Below, one piece after another: positions 33,957 through 43,774 of a stretch of 64,000 nucleotides of DNA. The translations under genes were made by a program, and so were the position numbers. Location: contig CAWDVW010000007.1 in NCBI GenBank assembly GCA_963805855.1, forward strand, positions 512,001 through 576,000, read 5' to 3'. The notes below the pieces were generated by a model. The model was not told where the DNA came from and searched no databases. It worked only from the letters and a program-made list of their open reading frames with translations. How positions within the stretch are numbered: position 1 is the stretch's first letter; every line of letters starts with the position of its first letter. The stretch is from Candidatus Dadabacteria bacterium. GTDB taxonomy: Bacteria; Desulfobacterota_D; UBA1144; Nemesobacterales; CSP1-2.

Positions 33957-35968
33957 TTTATCTCTCCCAGGTACTTAATTTCCAGATCACGGAGTCTTTT
34001 TATCTTATCTCTGCTGCGGGCTGCATTCTCAAACTCGAGCTTATTCGCAGCAAGTTTCATTTCCTCCGTAAGTTTTTTAATAAGGCCCGGAATCTTTTCA
34101 GGAGTAACATCTAATATCTCACCCTCATCATGCTTAGGAACGGTGAAATAGTCTGCTTCGTATATGGAAGCGAGTATATCGCTTATACCCTTCTCGATAC
34201 TCCTCGGTGTGATATGATTTGACTTGTTAAATGCCAATTGAATTTCTCTTCGTCGGCGGGTTTCATAAATTGCCCTCGACATCGAATTCGTAATCGTATC
34301 TGCGTACAATATGACCCTTCCCCGTATATTCCGGGCAGCTCGGCCGAAGATCTGTACAAGGGATGTTTCAGAACGCAGGTATCCTTCCTTGTCCGCATCT
34401 AATACGGCAACAAGTGACAGCTCAGGTATATCAAGCCCTTCGCGCAGAAGATTGATGCCTATTAGAACATCAAAAACCCCAACCCTTAGGTCTCTTATAA
34501 TTCTAATCCTCTCCAGTGTTTCAATGTCGGAATGTATATACCTTACCCTTACACCGAGTCGTCTATAATATTCGGCCAAATCCTCTGCCATGCGTTTGGT
34601 AAGAGTAGTTATAAGGACCCGATCAGACATTTCTATCGTCTTTTTTATTTCCTCTAGGAGATCGTCTACCTGGTTCTCTGCCGGTCGTATTTCGATCTCA
34701 GGATCAGCTAGTCCGGTGGGGCGTATGATCTGCGGAACAACCTCCGTGTCACAATTAGAAAGTTCATATGGCCCGGGAGTAGCCGAGACAAAAATCACCT
34801 GATTGATCTTATCCTCAAACTCAGAGAAGTTAAGCGGCCGGTTGTCGATAGCGGAGGGAAGCCTAAAGCCGTGCTCCACCAGAGTTAGCTTCCTGCTCCT
34901 GTCACCCTCATACATTCCCCTAAGCTGCGGGACTGTTTGATGACTTTCATCTATTATAAATAATGAACCCTTTGGAAAATAGTCCAACAGTGTCCAAGGA
35001 GGTTCGCCCGGTCTCCTCCCCGATAGGTGTCTTGAATAGTTTTCGATCCCCGGGCAGAAACCGATTGTAGAGAGAAGTTCGAGATCATAATTTGTTTTTT
35101 CCTCGATTCTTTTCTTTTCCAAGGTCATGCCCCGAGATTCAAAGTAGCCTATTCTCTCTATTAGCTCTTCCTTTATACCTTTTATTGCACGAATGACCTT
35201 CTCCGTCGGCGCAACGTAATGCGTGTTCGGATATATGATCGCTTTTTTTATTTTTCTTATCGTTCTCCTTGTTAATGGTTCAATCTCCTTTATTGATTCG
35301 ACATAATTACCAAAAAATTCCACCCTTAACGCTATCGACTCCTCATGTGATGGAAAGAGCTCTACCGAATCGCCTCTGACAGTAAAACTACCTCGGTAAA
35401 ACTCGTTTTTGCTCCTCTCATAATGGGCATCGGCAAGCTTCCTAAGAAATTCGTCCCTCTCGACATCCATTCCCTCCTCAATTATGGTAAGCATGCCGTA
35501 ATAGTCCTCGGGAGAGCCTATACCATAAATACACGAAACGCTTGCAACTATAATTACGTCTCTTCTATCGAAGAGCGATGAGGTTGCCGCGTGTCTTAGT
35601 CTATCGATATGCTCATTTATAGATGCATCCTTCTCTATATATGTGTCGGTTTGGGGTATATAGGCTTCGGGCTGATAGTAATCATAGTAGCTGACAAAGT
35701 AATGCACCGCATTTTCTGGAAACAGCTCTTTGAGTTCTCCATACAATTGTGCGGCAAGTGTCTTATTATGTGCAATAATTAATGTTGGCTTGTCCAGATT
35801 AGCGATTACTTTCGCAATGGTAAATGTCTTACCACTTCCTGTGACTCCTAGCAGTACTTGATGCTTAAAACCCTTAAGGACGCCTTTTGTAAGCTTATCT
35901 ATGGCTGACGGCTGATCACCTTTAGGAGAGAATTCCGTCTTAATTTTAAAGAGATTTGACACAATCAC
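33953..35968 (-). CDS. uvrB: Excinuclease ABC subunit B
   Basis: GVTGSGKT, YYDYYQPEAY, DESH, INLLREGLD, C-terminal UVR domain. Confidence 0.98.
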   Translation of the reverse strand: MIVSNLFKIKTEFSPKGDQPSAIDKLTKGVLKGFKHQVLLGVTGSGKTFTIAKVIANLDKPTLIIAHNKTLAAQLYGELKELFPENAVHYFVSYYDYYQPEAYIPQTDTYIEKDASINEHIDRLRHAATSSLFDRRDVIIVASVSCIYGIGSPEDYYGMLTIIEEGMDVERDEFLRKLADAHYERSKNEFYRGSFTVRGDSVELFPSHEESIALRVEFFGNYVESIKEIEPLTRRTIRKIKKAIIYPNTHYVAPTEKVIRAIKGIKEELIERIGYFESRGMTLEKKRIEEKTNYDLELLSTIGFCPGIENYSRHLSGRRPGEPPWTLLDYFPKGSLFIIDESHQTVPQLRGMYEGDRSRKLTLVEHGFRLPSAIDNRPLNFSEFEDKINQVIFVSATPGPYELSNCDTEVVPQIIRPTGLADPEIEIRPAENQVDDLLEEIKKTIEMSDRVLITTLTKRMAEDLAEYYRRLGVRVRYIHSDIETLERIRIIRDLRVGVFDVLIGINLLREGLDIPELSLVAVLDADKEGYLRSETSLVQIFGRAARNIRGRVILYADTITNSMSRAIYETRRRREIQLAFNKSNHITPRSIEKGISDILASIYEADYFTVPKHDEGEILDVTPEKIPGLIKKLTEEMKLAANKLEFENAARSRDKIKRLRDLEIKYLGEIK

Positions 35969-36105
35969 CCGACCAAAATTCTAATTGAATTGTATAACTG
36001 TGTAAATAATACCCATCGACTTGTGCTAAGTCGGGCAAAGAAATAGCTAACGGCTATAGCCCTCAAGAATTATACTCCGTTGAATGGTGAGAAGGTCGAA
36101 ACGGC

Positions 36106-36525
36106 TTATTTATGTTTCTTCTTAAATTCAGTGAACCTGATTTTGTGTAGCTTTTCCCTTTGCTCCGGTGTCAGTACTTCTCTTATTTTTAACAACATAT
36201 CTAGCCTGAGTCTTTTCAATTTTGTCTTTAAGTGCACCACCTCATCATTTAGTTCGAGAACTTCATCCCTGCTTGAATTTGGGTCTTCGATCTTCGATCG
36301 GAACTCTGATTGTTTCTGTTTTAGTTGTGAATTCAAGTCTGCTATTTGGCCTTTATTACTGTTGAATATTTGCTCTATGAGGTTGACTTGATCCTCTGTT
36401 AAATTAAGTTCCTTGACAACTCCGGCATCTTTCCACCACTTGGCACTCCCATAGCCACCATGACTGTAAGCGTTTAGTGAGTAAAACAATATTAAAGATA
36501 AAATAATGAAGTAAGTCTTTTTCAA
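36106..36525 (-). CDS. Spy/CpxP/ZraP-like periplasmic protein
   Basis: Signal peptide and two LTxxQ motifs (LNLTEDQ, VLTPEQ). Confidence 0.8.
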   Translation of the reverse strand: MKKTYFIILSLILFYSLNAYSHGGYGSAKWWKDAGVVKELNLTEDQVNLIEQIFNSNKGQIADLNSQLKQKQSEFRSKIEDPNSSRDEVLELNDEVVHLKTKLKRLRLDMLLKIREVLTPEQREKLHKIRFTEFKKKHK

Positions 36526-36528
36526 TTC

Positions 36529-37020
36529 CTATCCTCCCTTGTTGTTATCATTGTCAACCTTCCAAAGCCCATAGATCTCCAACATGTCCGCACTGTCGAA
36601 AGAGATTGTTCTGTCAACTTCGAATAGTAGCTTTTCGTCCTCTCTGTCCTTCTCCGTATACTTAACTACACGATTTTCCGTGGTCACATATACAATTGCA
36701 ACCACAAATATAATGAGGAATAGAAACACAACGGATATATACGACCAATTCGGCACCCGGTAGTTAAATAGATTGAATAACGATGGCTTACGGCCTACTT
36801 CCCGATGACCCGATCTTTCCCAAAACTTTGTTATATAATCGTCTTTTGGTTCGATCCCTTCCCACTTATCCAATAACTTCCATTCCAGGTCTGCGAATGA
36901 CAGAAATTCATTACATTCGTTGCACACGTCCAAATGAGCCTTCAACTCGTTCATCCGTGACTCGTCTAGGTCATCGATAGTGTAATCGAGTATCAAGCTC
37001 TTAAAATTCTCACAACTCAT
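36529..37020 (-). CDS. Zinc-finger (ZAS) anti-sigma factor, single TM
   Basis: MSC...HLDVCNEC (HxxxCxxC), one TM; overlaps the ECF sigma gene. Confidence 0.85.
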   Translation of the reverse strand: MSCENFKSLILDYTIDDLDESRMNELKAHLDVCNECNEFLSFADLEWKLLDKWEGIEPKDDYITKFWERSGHREVGRKPSLFNLFNYRVPNWSYISVVFLFLIIFVVAIVYVTTENRVVKYTEKDREDEKLLFEVDRTISFDSADMLEIYGLWKVDNDNNKGG

Positions 37021-37594
37021 TTTCTCCCCTCTCTTCCAAAATTGGTTTTAATTTTTCGATCAGTTTCATTCTCCCTCTATGAATATAAGTCTTAACAGCA
37101 CCCACGGTGCATTCTATTACACCGGCTACCTCATCATAGGACAACCCTTCGTATTTGCAAAGAATAATCGAAATCCTCTCTTTCTCAGGTATTGAATTTA
37201 ACGCTTGAAAAATGCTATCCTTAATGTCCCTTCGGTTGATCAAATCATAACCACTCGGCGAATTCGAATCTCCGATATCTTGCCTATTCTCCTGAATTTC
37301 ATCTAAACTCACTTTATTCATCCTGCCTCTTACTTTTATTTCAGTTAGGCACACATTCGTAGCAATCTTATAGAGCCATGTGGAAAATTTAGCCTGCGGT
37401 TTGTATTCTTGCACCGATCGGTAAACCCTTAAAAAGACTTCTTGGGCTAAGTCTTCTGAATCATTTCTATCATTAGTAAAACGATATATATAATTCATAA
37501 TAGACTTGTAGTGTCTTTTCATTAATTCTGTGAAAGCACTGTCATCCCCTGATTTGACTCTCCTCATGAGCTCGATATCAGTTTCCATCTGCAT
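37010..37594 (-). CDS. ECF sigma-70 family RNA polymerase sigma factor
   Basis: EDLAQEVFLRV, FSTWLYKIATN, GLSYDEVA...GAVKTYIHRGR. Confidence 0.93.
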   Translation of the reverse strand: MQMETDIELMRRVKSGDDSAFTELMKRHYKSIMNYIYRFTNDRNDSEDLAQEVFLRVYRSVQEYKPQAKFSTWLYKIATNVCLTEIKVRGRMNKVSLDEIQENRQDIGDSNSPSGYDLINRRDIKDSIFQALNSIPEKERISIILCKYEGLSYDEVAGVIECTVGAVKTYIHRGRMKLIEKLKPILEERGENEL

Positions 37595-37616
37595 GCAGAT
37601 TAGATTTTATATTTTA

Positions 37617-37643
37617 GTAACTAAAAATCAAAGAAAATGTTAC
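37617..37643 (-). promoter_or_regulatory. Candidate autoregulatory ECF promoter
   Basis: Minus strand GTAAC-N17-GTTAC about 22 nt upstream of the ECF gene; resembles the AAC/GTT ECF promoter pattern. Confidence 0.45.
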
Positions 37644-37913
37644 GGATCTATTAAACATGTTATTTAACTAGGTATAATAAGCACGGAACGAAAAATTTGC
37701 CAGATACCTACAAACATTCTTAGATTTCCTTAACCACCAATCGATTCGTTATCATGTGATTCACCAATTGATAATTATTTTTGAGGCAATCAGTATGGCA
37801 AAAAAAGTAGATTAACAATGACAAACCCATTGTTTAGCATAGCTCAGAATTAGATTTAATTGAACTATTTCAGTGTCAAGGACTCATACAACCCACGTTC
37901 AACCGGAGAACAC

Positions 37914-39539
37914 ATGAAAAAAAGAGCCTTAGGTAATGACTCGACTAACTTTGTACGATTTGATGCGCCTGAAAACCTATCCACCCCAGATCGGACCGAA
38001 GATGCCTTACAGTCTCCCATGATCTCCAAATCCAGAAGAATGTTTGTCACCATGGGGCTAATGATCGGAATGTTTCTAAGTGCACTTGAAGCTACGGCTG
38101 TTAGCACCGCAATGCCTACTGTTGTCTCAAGTCTGGGGGGCCTGAGCATCTACAGTTGGGTCTTTTCCGCCTACGTTCTGACCTCGACTATTTCGCTTCC
38201 CTTCTGGGGAAGACTGTCAGACCTTTATGGGAGGAAAAGGTTCTACATTATCGGCATTGCCATATTCCTTATAGGATCTGCACTCTCGGGACAATCAAAG
38301 TCCATGAATGCTTTAATTTTATTTCGTGCACTTCAGGGATTCGGCGGCGGCGCGCTTTTGACCTTGGGAATGATAATCGTCGGAGAAATGTTCTCACTAA
38401 AGGAAAGGGCAAGGGTGCAGGGTCTTTTCGGCGGTGTTTGGGGCCTCTCTAGCATTGTCGGACCAATTCTAGGAGGCGTTATTACAGATCAGTTTTCGTG
38501 GAGATGGGTTTTTTACCTTAATATTCCCTTCGGAGTCATCGCCGTATTGGTAATATGGTTTGCACTCAAAGAAAACACAGTTACTAACAGGAAAGTATTT
38601 CTTGATATTAAGGGAGCGACAGTATTAACTGCACTTGTCTCACTTTTTCTAATTGGTCTGACACAGATCGGCAAGGGGGACAGCTTACACTATCTGGTTG
38701 TAACTCTGATGCTGGTATCATGCATCCCTTTAATGTGGCTATTTATCAAAACACAGAAGCTTGCGAAAGATCCAATCCTCCCACTCGAATTGTTTTCAAA
38801 CCCATTTTTCAAGACCTCCGTCATTACCGGCTTCCTCGTGGGAATGGCAATGTTCGGGTCAATATCATTCATACCTTTATTTATTCAAGGGGTAATTGGA
38901 ACGAATGCTACGCAAGCGGGCACCATTCTTACGCCATTGTTACTGAGTTGGGTTTTTTTCTCAAGCATCTCCGGGAAATTAATGCTTCGATTTGGTTATC
39001 GACAGATCATTATAATTGGCACTGCTCTATTATCTATTGGATTTTTTCTTCTCAGCGGTATGAGTAAGGATACATCGCATAGTGGTACTATCGTAGTATT
39101 GCTTATCCTTGGGACAGGAATGGGTATGATCTTCATTCCTTTGCTCCTTGCCGTTCAAAATTCCGTTCCTAGATTTAGGCTCGGAATCGCTACCTCCGCA
39201 ACTCAATTCTTCCGGTCCATGGGTGCTACAATCGGAGTAAGTGTAATGGGAATGGTCCTGAGTACCACCATGCTATTTGGAACCGGCTCACTTTCAAAGT
39301 CATTTGAGGCCTCGGAATTGCACTATCTAAAGAATCCAGATTTGATTGTGAACCCCGAAGCAAGGAGTTCATTATCCCCTGAAATCCATAATGCATTAAC
39401 CCAGCTGTTAGCTAGCTCACTAAGAAATGTATTTTTAACCGGATTATTCATCGCAGTAGTTGCCTTTATTTCTGCATTCCTCATGCCTAAGGGAAGGTTC
39501 ATAGACATGAGAGAAGAAGAAAAGAAATTGTTTAGTTAA
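37914..39539 (+). CDS. MFS drug:H+ antiporter (DHA2/MDR, 14 TM)
   Basis: WGRLSDLYGRK, FRALQGFGGG, GPILGG..T...SWRWVFYLNIP; ATG at 37914 has a GGAG RBS (track start is 37860). Confidence 0.9.
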   Translation: MKKRALGNDSTNFVRFDAPENLSTPDRTEDALQSPMISKSRRMFVTMGLMIGMFLSALEATAVSTAMPTVVSSLGGLSIYSWVFSAYVLTSTISLPFWGRLSDLYGRKRFYIIGIAIFLIGSALSGQSKSMNALILFRALQGFGGGALLTLGMIIVGEMFSLKERARVQGLFGGVWGLSSIVGPILGGVITDQFSWRWVFYLNIPFGVIAVLVIWFALKENTVTNRKVFLDIKGATVLTALVSLFLIGLTQIGKGDSLHYLVVTLMLVSCIPLMWLFIKTQKLAKDPILPLELFSNPFFKTSVITGFLVGMAMFGSISFIPLFIQGVIGTNATQAGTILTPLLLSWVFFSSISGKLMLRFGYRQIIIIGTALLSIGFFLLSGMSKDTSHSGTIVVLLILGTGMGMIFIPLLLAVQNSVPRFRLGIATSATQFFRSMGATIGVSVMGMVLSTTMLFGTGSLSKSFEASELHYLKNPDLIVNPEARSSLSPEIHNALTQLLASSLRNVFLTGLFIAVVAFISAFLMPKGRFIDMREEEKKLFS

Positions 39540-39703
39540 GAAGCCTTAATAATTGCTCAGACCGTCAATCGTCTAAAAAAAGAATTGTTATTATAGATTT
39601 GGTTTTATGATTGGAAGCGACCGAAAATGAAGAGAGATAATTGCCAGTCTACTATTTCTAATATCATTTGCTTGAGGCCGTTATAATAATAATGAGAGTG
39701 CAA

Positions 39704-39873
39704 AAGGGTTTAATCCGAATTTGGTTGAACATCCCCGTTGGCATTGAAAGCTTTAATTATATTGACCCGGCCTTGGAGAATCGTATGATCACTTGTGCCA
39801 AGCCGGGTAAAGATGCGCAACACTTATGGGTCAAGGAGATCCATCAAACATTCCCAGTGAATGACGATCCCTT
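39704..39873. ncRNA. Candidate rod-like structured RNA (6S-like?), strand unresolved
   Basis: Nested complementary segments by eye: AAGGG/CCCTT, TTTGGT/ATCAAA, GTTG-GCATT/GATGC-G-CAAC, ACCCGGC(C)TTGG/CCAAGCCGGGT; no covariance-model support. Confidence 0.25.
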
Positions 39874-39974
39874 AGGGGAATATAGACCAACCGACAATCA
39901 TTCAATTCAAGAAGCATCTCAAAGCAAATCTCCTTGACAAGCAACAATTCCTTCGGATTTCTTTTAGTTAATCA

Positions 39975-41504
39975 ATGATGAAAAAGGGAATAGTATATCT
40001 CATTGGTGCTGGTCCGGGAGATCCGGGACTACTAACGCTAAAGGGCAAGAAATTCTTGGCGCAGGCGGAAGTAATAGTATACGACCACCTGGTAAACCCA
40101 GAGCTGCTTATATTTGCTAGAGAAGGAGCGGAGATTATATATGTTGGAAAAAAAAGAGGCCATAAGGAGATTCCACAAAAAGAAATAAACAGGCTGATCA
40201 CCAACAAAGCACTGGAGGGAAAAATCGTTGCAAGGCTCAAAGGCGGAGACCCATTTATATTTGGAAGGGGGGGCGAGGAAGCGGTTGAACTTTCAAAGCA
40301 CGGTATTCGGTTTGACGTAATTCCGGGTGTATCATCTCCCATAGGGGTGACGTCGTATGCCGGGATACCGCTTACACACAGAGATTATTCATCATCGTTT
40401 GCAGTGGTTACAGGCCATGAGGGCCCAAAAAAGGTAAAAACTTCGCTGCCTTGGGAAGCCCTGGCCAAGATAGGCACACTGGTATTCCTTATGGGAGTTG
40501 AAAAACTGGAACAGAATATGAAAAAGCTAATCGAGATGGGGAAGTCACCTAAGACCCCAGTGGCCATTATAACTTGGGGCACTCTCCCAAATCAATCAAC
40601 GCTCACAGGAACTATAGGGAATATCGTTAGCTTATCAAAAGAAAAGAAAATATCTTCACCGTCGATCATCGCGGTCGGCGACGTGGTTAATTTAAGAGAT
40701 AAGATAAATTGGTTTGAATCAAAGCCCCTCTTTGGTAAAACGGTTCTGGTGACTAGGGCCATAATCCAGGCAAAAATATTTGCCGAACTCCTAGAAGAGG
40801 AAGGAGCACAGGTAATTGAGTTTCCCACTATCGAAGTGGTACCTCTCAGGACTTGGACCAGAATCGATAAGGCCATTGAGAATTTAGACCGCTACAATTG
40901 GCTTATTTTTACGAGTGTAAACGGGGTAATCTTCTTTTTCCAAAGGCTCAGGCAAAAGCAAAGCGATGTAAGGGACCTCAAGGGTATAAGGATCGCAGCC
41001 ATTGGAGAACAGACAAAAAATGAGATTAACAAGATGGGTATTAATGCGGATTTGATTCCTGAAGAGTACAGGGCTGAAGGTTTAATAAAGCTTTTTGAGA
41101 AAATCAATGTTAAGGGAAGTCGGGTTCTTATACCCAGGGCAAGGATAGCAAGAAAAATACTTCCAATGAAACTCAGAAACATGGGTGCCAGTGTCGATGT
41201 ATTTCCCGTCTACGAAACCAAGATGCCTGGAAAATTGAAAATAGATAAGGTTAGAAAGTTGCTGCGGAACGGTTTCATAGATGTTATAACATTTACAAGT
41301 TCATCGACTGTTAAAAACTTCTTTTCAATGATTGGAAGGGATAAAAAAATCATCTCGCGATCGACAATTGCATGTATTGGACCAATAACAGCCGAAACGA
41401 TAAGAAGTTATGGAATCGAACCTGAGATTATTTCAGGAACATACACGGTTCAAGGACTTACAAAAGAAATTGCATCTTATTTCACCGCCAGACAAACAAA
41501 GTAA
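39975..41504 (+). CDS. cobA: Uroporphyrinogen-III C-methyltransferase/synthase fusion (CobA/CysGA-HemD)
   Basis: GAGPGDPGLLT, RLKGGDPFIFGRGGEE, then a HemD domain (VLVTRA, FTSVNGV, FTSSSTV, CIGPITA). Confidence 0.93.
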   Translation: MMKKGIVYLIGAGPGDPGLLTLKGKKFLAQAEVIVYDHLVNPELLIFAREGAEIIYVGKKRGHKEIPQKEINRLITNKALEGKIVARLKGGDPFIFGRGGEEAVELSKHGIRFDVIPGVSSPIGVTSYAGIPLTHRDYSSSFAVVTGHEGPKKVKTSLPWEALAKIGTLVFLMGVEKLEQNMKKLIEMGKSPKTPVAIITWGTLPNQSTLTGTIGNIVSLSKEKKISSPSIIAVGDVVNLRDKINWFESKPLFGKTVLVTRAIIQAKIFAELLEEEGAQVIEFPTIEVVPLRTWTRIDKAIENLDRYNWLIFTSVNGVIFFFQRLRQKQSDVRDLKGIRIAAIGEQTKNEINKMGINADLIPEEYRAEGLIKLFEKINVKGSRVLIPRARIARKILPMKLRNMGASVDVFPVYETKMPGKLKIDKVRKLLRNGFIDVITFTSSSTVKNFFSMIGRDKKIISRSTIACIGPITAETIRSYGIEPEIISGTYTVQGLTKEIASYFTARQTK

Positions 41505-41512
41505 AAATTAAA

Positions 41513-42236
41513 GTGGCTAGATTTCCGATCAGTAACAGGAATATATCCAATCGACAGGTAATCATTACGGGCTCCGATTATAGGCATATTGTCAAGGTGC
41601 TAAGATTAAAACCAGGCCACGAAGTAGTGCTCTTTGATGAAACATCCTTTGAACATGTCGGCAAGATAATTGAGATCAATAAAACGCAGATAAGGGTGGA
41701 GATACTCACCTCCACCAAGGTTAATGTCGAATCCAACACCGAAATAACCCTTTTACAGGGCATACCAAAAGCAAGTAAGATGGACTTTATCATTGAGAAG
41801 GCAACGGAGCTAGGAGTTGATTCTATAGTACCGGTTGTAACTGAGAGATCCCAAGTGAGAGAAACGAAGAAGGCTTTGAGATGGCAGAGAATTGCATTAG
41901 AAGCTTCGAAGACAATGTGGTAGGGTGAAGGCTCCTAAAATTCACGAGGTTATTGGGTTTGACGGCTGTGGAATCTACTGTCGTGATAGCGACTTAAGAC
42001 TTATATGTTATGAGCATTCTAAAACTAAGTTAAGTGATTACATCAAGAACATATCACAACCTCCTAAGACTGTTACAATATTCATAGGCCCGGAAGGAGG
42101 TCTTTCGGAATTTGAGATAAAATTAGCCATGGAGTGGGGATTTTCACCTGTTGGTCTTGGTCCAAGAATACTAAGGACTGAAACAGCCAGCGTTGTTGCC
42201 GTCGCTTTAATTCAACATATTCTGGGGGATATTTAA
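41513..42236 (+). pseudogene. rsmE: 16S rRNA m3U1498 methyltransferase split by a +1 frameshift near 41910; possibly a sequencing error
   Basis: ORF1 has HIVKVLRL...KATELGV and ORF2 has IGPEGG...LGPRILRTETA; removing one base restores EAS(K/R)QCGR. Confidence 0.88.
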
Positions 42237-42316
42237 TTAGCGAAGCCCCCTACCCTGCTGCAGGAAGTCTCGGATTCCATAAAATTTAACTTCGTTCAGT
42301 GATTCTCTGAACCAGT

Positions 42317-43774
42317 TTAATTAGTCTCTCTTTTTTCTCCGTACGCGACCTTTTTATATATTTCTTCATCCAACCCTCCCCCCTCAAATCTATCGTCGAG
42401 CTCCGCGATCTCCTGTATCAACAAGGCCTTTTCCTTTTCAATATCATTCAAGGTCTCCTTGCTTTCGTTTCTATCAAACCCCTTCCCTTTGAAAATAAAT
42501 GCGTATAGTATCCCACCCCCGACAACAAGCAAAACCACGCCAACTGCCGCCCACTTGGCGATTGATTCACGATCAAACGATTTATTAATAGTTACCACTA
42601 TTGAGGAGCCAGATTTTAGATTGCTGCCAGTCCACTGAACAAACTTTTCATTTTGAATATCTACGACATCACCTCCACTAAGACCCTCCACAGTCACCTT
42701 CTCATCCAAATCAGAAACAAGAAGTAAGAAACTATCAGTGGGATAATTCACCCTGTCTTCGATCACATTTTTCCCGGATTTAAATGGAATTGTATACGTG
42801 TAAACTACCCTGCTAACACCTGGCCAAATCGGAGACGTATCCGAAAATCCGGATTCGGTTTGAACAACGTTTTCACTCGTAATACCATGGATGAACTGAA
42901 TATTGCTAGCATCACCGGGTAGATGAAACTTTAAGGTCTCCCTTTTACCATCAACCACCTCAGAACCGACGTATATCTTCTTATCTTTGTTTTCAAACAT
43001 CAGTAATTCTGCAACCGAAATCGAGTCCGTAGCGACCTGTAAAATCATATGAGCTTGTTTTATTATTATTTCACTGTCGCTTTCGGTTGGTTCATATACG
43101 GGTAGCTCAGTAGTCTTCGTATCCTCATCCGGGTAAAAAACCAACTTATCCGTTACATATTCGGTGCCCCTATAATTTAGGGTAATCGTATAGCTACGGT
43201 TCCAGGGTAAATCTCTGAATTCAAAAGCTCCATTTTTGTCTGTCATAAGTTTCTTTTCATCCGTAACACGATCTCCTAACATTTCACGCAGGGTGAGTTC
43301 GATTCCACCCGTGAGCTCGTCACTAGTTTTGTTCGTGACACTACCCTTAATATCACCATAATCTTTTGTAGATTGAACGGGCTTCTTAGAAAAAAGATAG
43401 TCTGCAATGACGTCAATGTGAGCTTGCGGAACCTGTAGCGGAGGCATCGGAGGATAGCCCTCGTTTATGGGCATTTTACCCTTTGCCTGGTACACCTGTT
43501 GAGGATTCTCTATCCATTGCTTTATTTCATCTTTACTATATTTGCTGCTGATCCCTGCCAGGTCTGGGCCCACAAATGTACCCCTGCCAATTGTATGACA
43601 ATTAACGCATCGATTTTGGATAAATAGATCCTTTCCAAGATCCGCTTTCTCGGCATCCACCTGAGCAAATATATCCACTCCTAAAAAGACCGTAGACGAC
43701 AGAAGCAAAAATGCGATCGTCGAGATAACAGACAAATTATTTATTCCTTTCAAATTAGGCACCTTAGCTGACAT
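42317..43774 (-). CDS. Membrane-anchored monoheme cytochrome c with an Ig/carboxypeptidase-regulatory-like beta domain and a SHOCT/CcmI-like tail
   Basis: Signal/TM, CVNCH, GPDL, PPMPP (candidate Met ligand), C-terminal TM, then ELDDRFEGGGLDEEIY; the true stop may be at 42286 if the T5 run at 42351-42355 is one base too long. Confidence 0.8.
   Translation of the reverse strand: MSAKVPNLKGINNLSVISTIAFLLLSSTVFLGVDIFAQVDAEKADLGKDLFIQNRCVNCHTIGRGTFVGPDLAGISSKYSKDEIKQWIENPQQVYQAKGKMPINEGYPPMPPLQVPQAHIDVIADYLFSKKPVQSTKDYGDIKGSVTNKTSDELTGGIELTLREMLGDRVTDEKKLMTDKNGAFEFRDLPWNRSYTITLNYRGTEYVTDKLVFYPDEDTKTTELPVYEPTESDSEIIIKQAHMILQVATDSISVAELLMFENKDKKIYVGSEVVDGKRETLKFHLPGDASNIQFIHGITSENVVQTESGFSDTSPIWPGVSRVVYTYTIPFKSGKNVIEDRVNYPTDSFLLLVSDLDEKVTVEGLSGGDVVDIQNEKFVQWTGSNLKSGSSIVVTINKSFDRESIAKWAAVGVVLLVVGGGILYAFIFKGKGFDRNESKETLNDIEKEKALLIQEIAELDDRFEGGGLDEEIYKKVAYGEKRETN

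Noticed and set aside
39668-39937. 89-aa ORF upstream of cobA
   Set aside because: No RBS or motif; the region is better explained as a remnant or a structured RNA.
41900-41930. Programmed frameshifting or stop readthrough in rsmE
   Set aside because: No slippery heptamer or stimulator, and the downstream part is in a different frame; a single-base insertion explains it.
42238-42280. Short GC-rich segment resembling an IS200/IS605 end or a REP
   Set aside because: No clean hairpin, no second copy and no transposase in the window.
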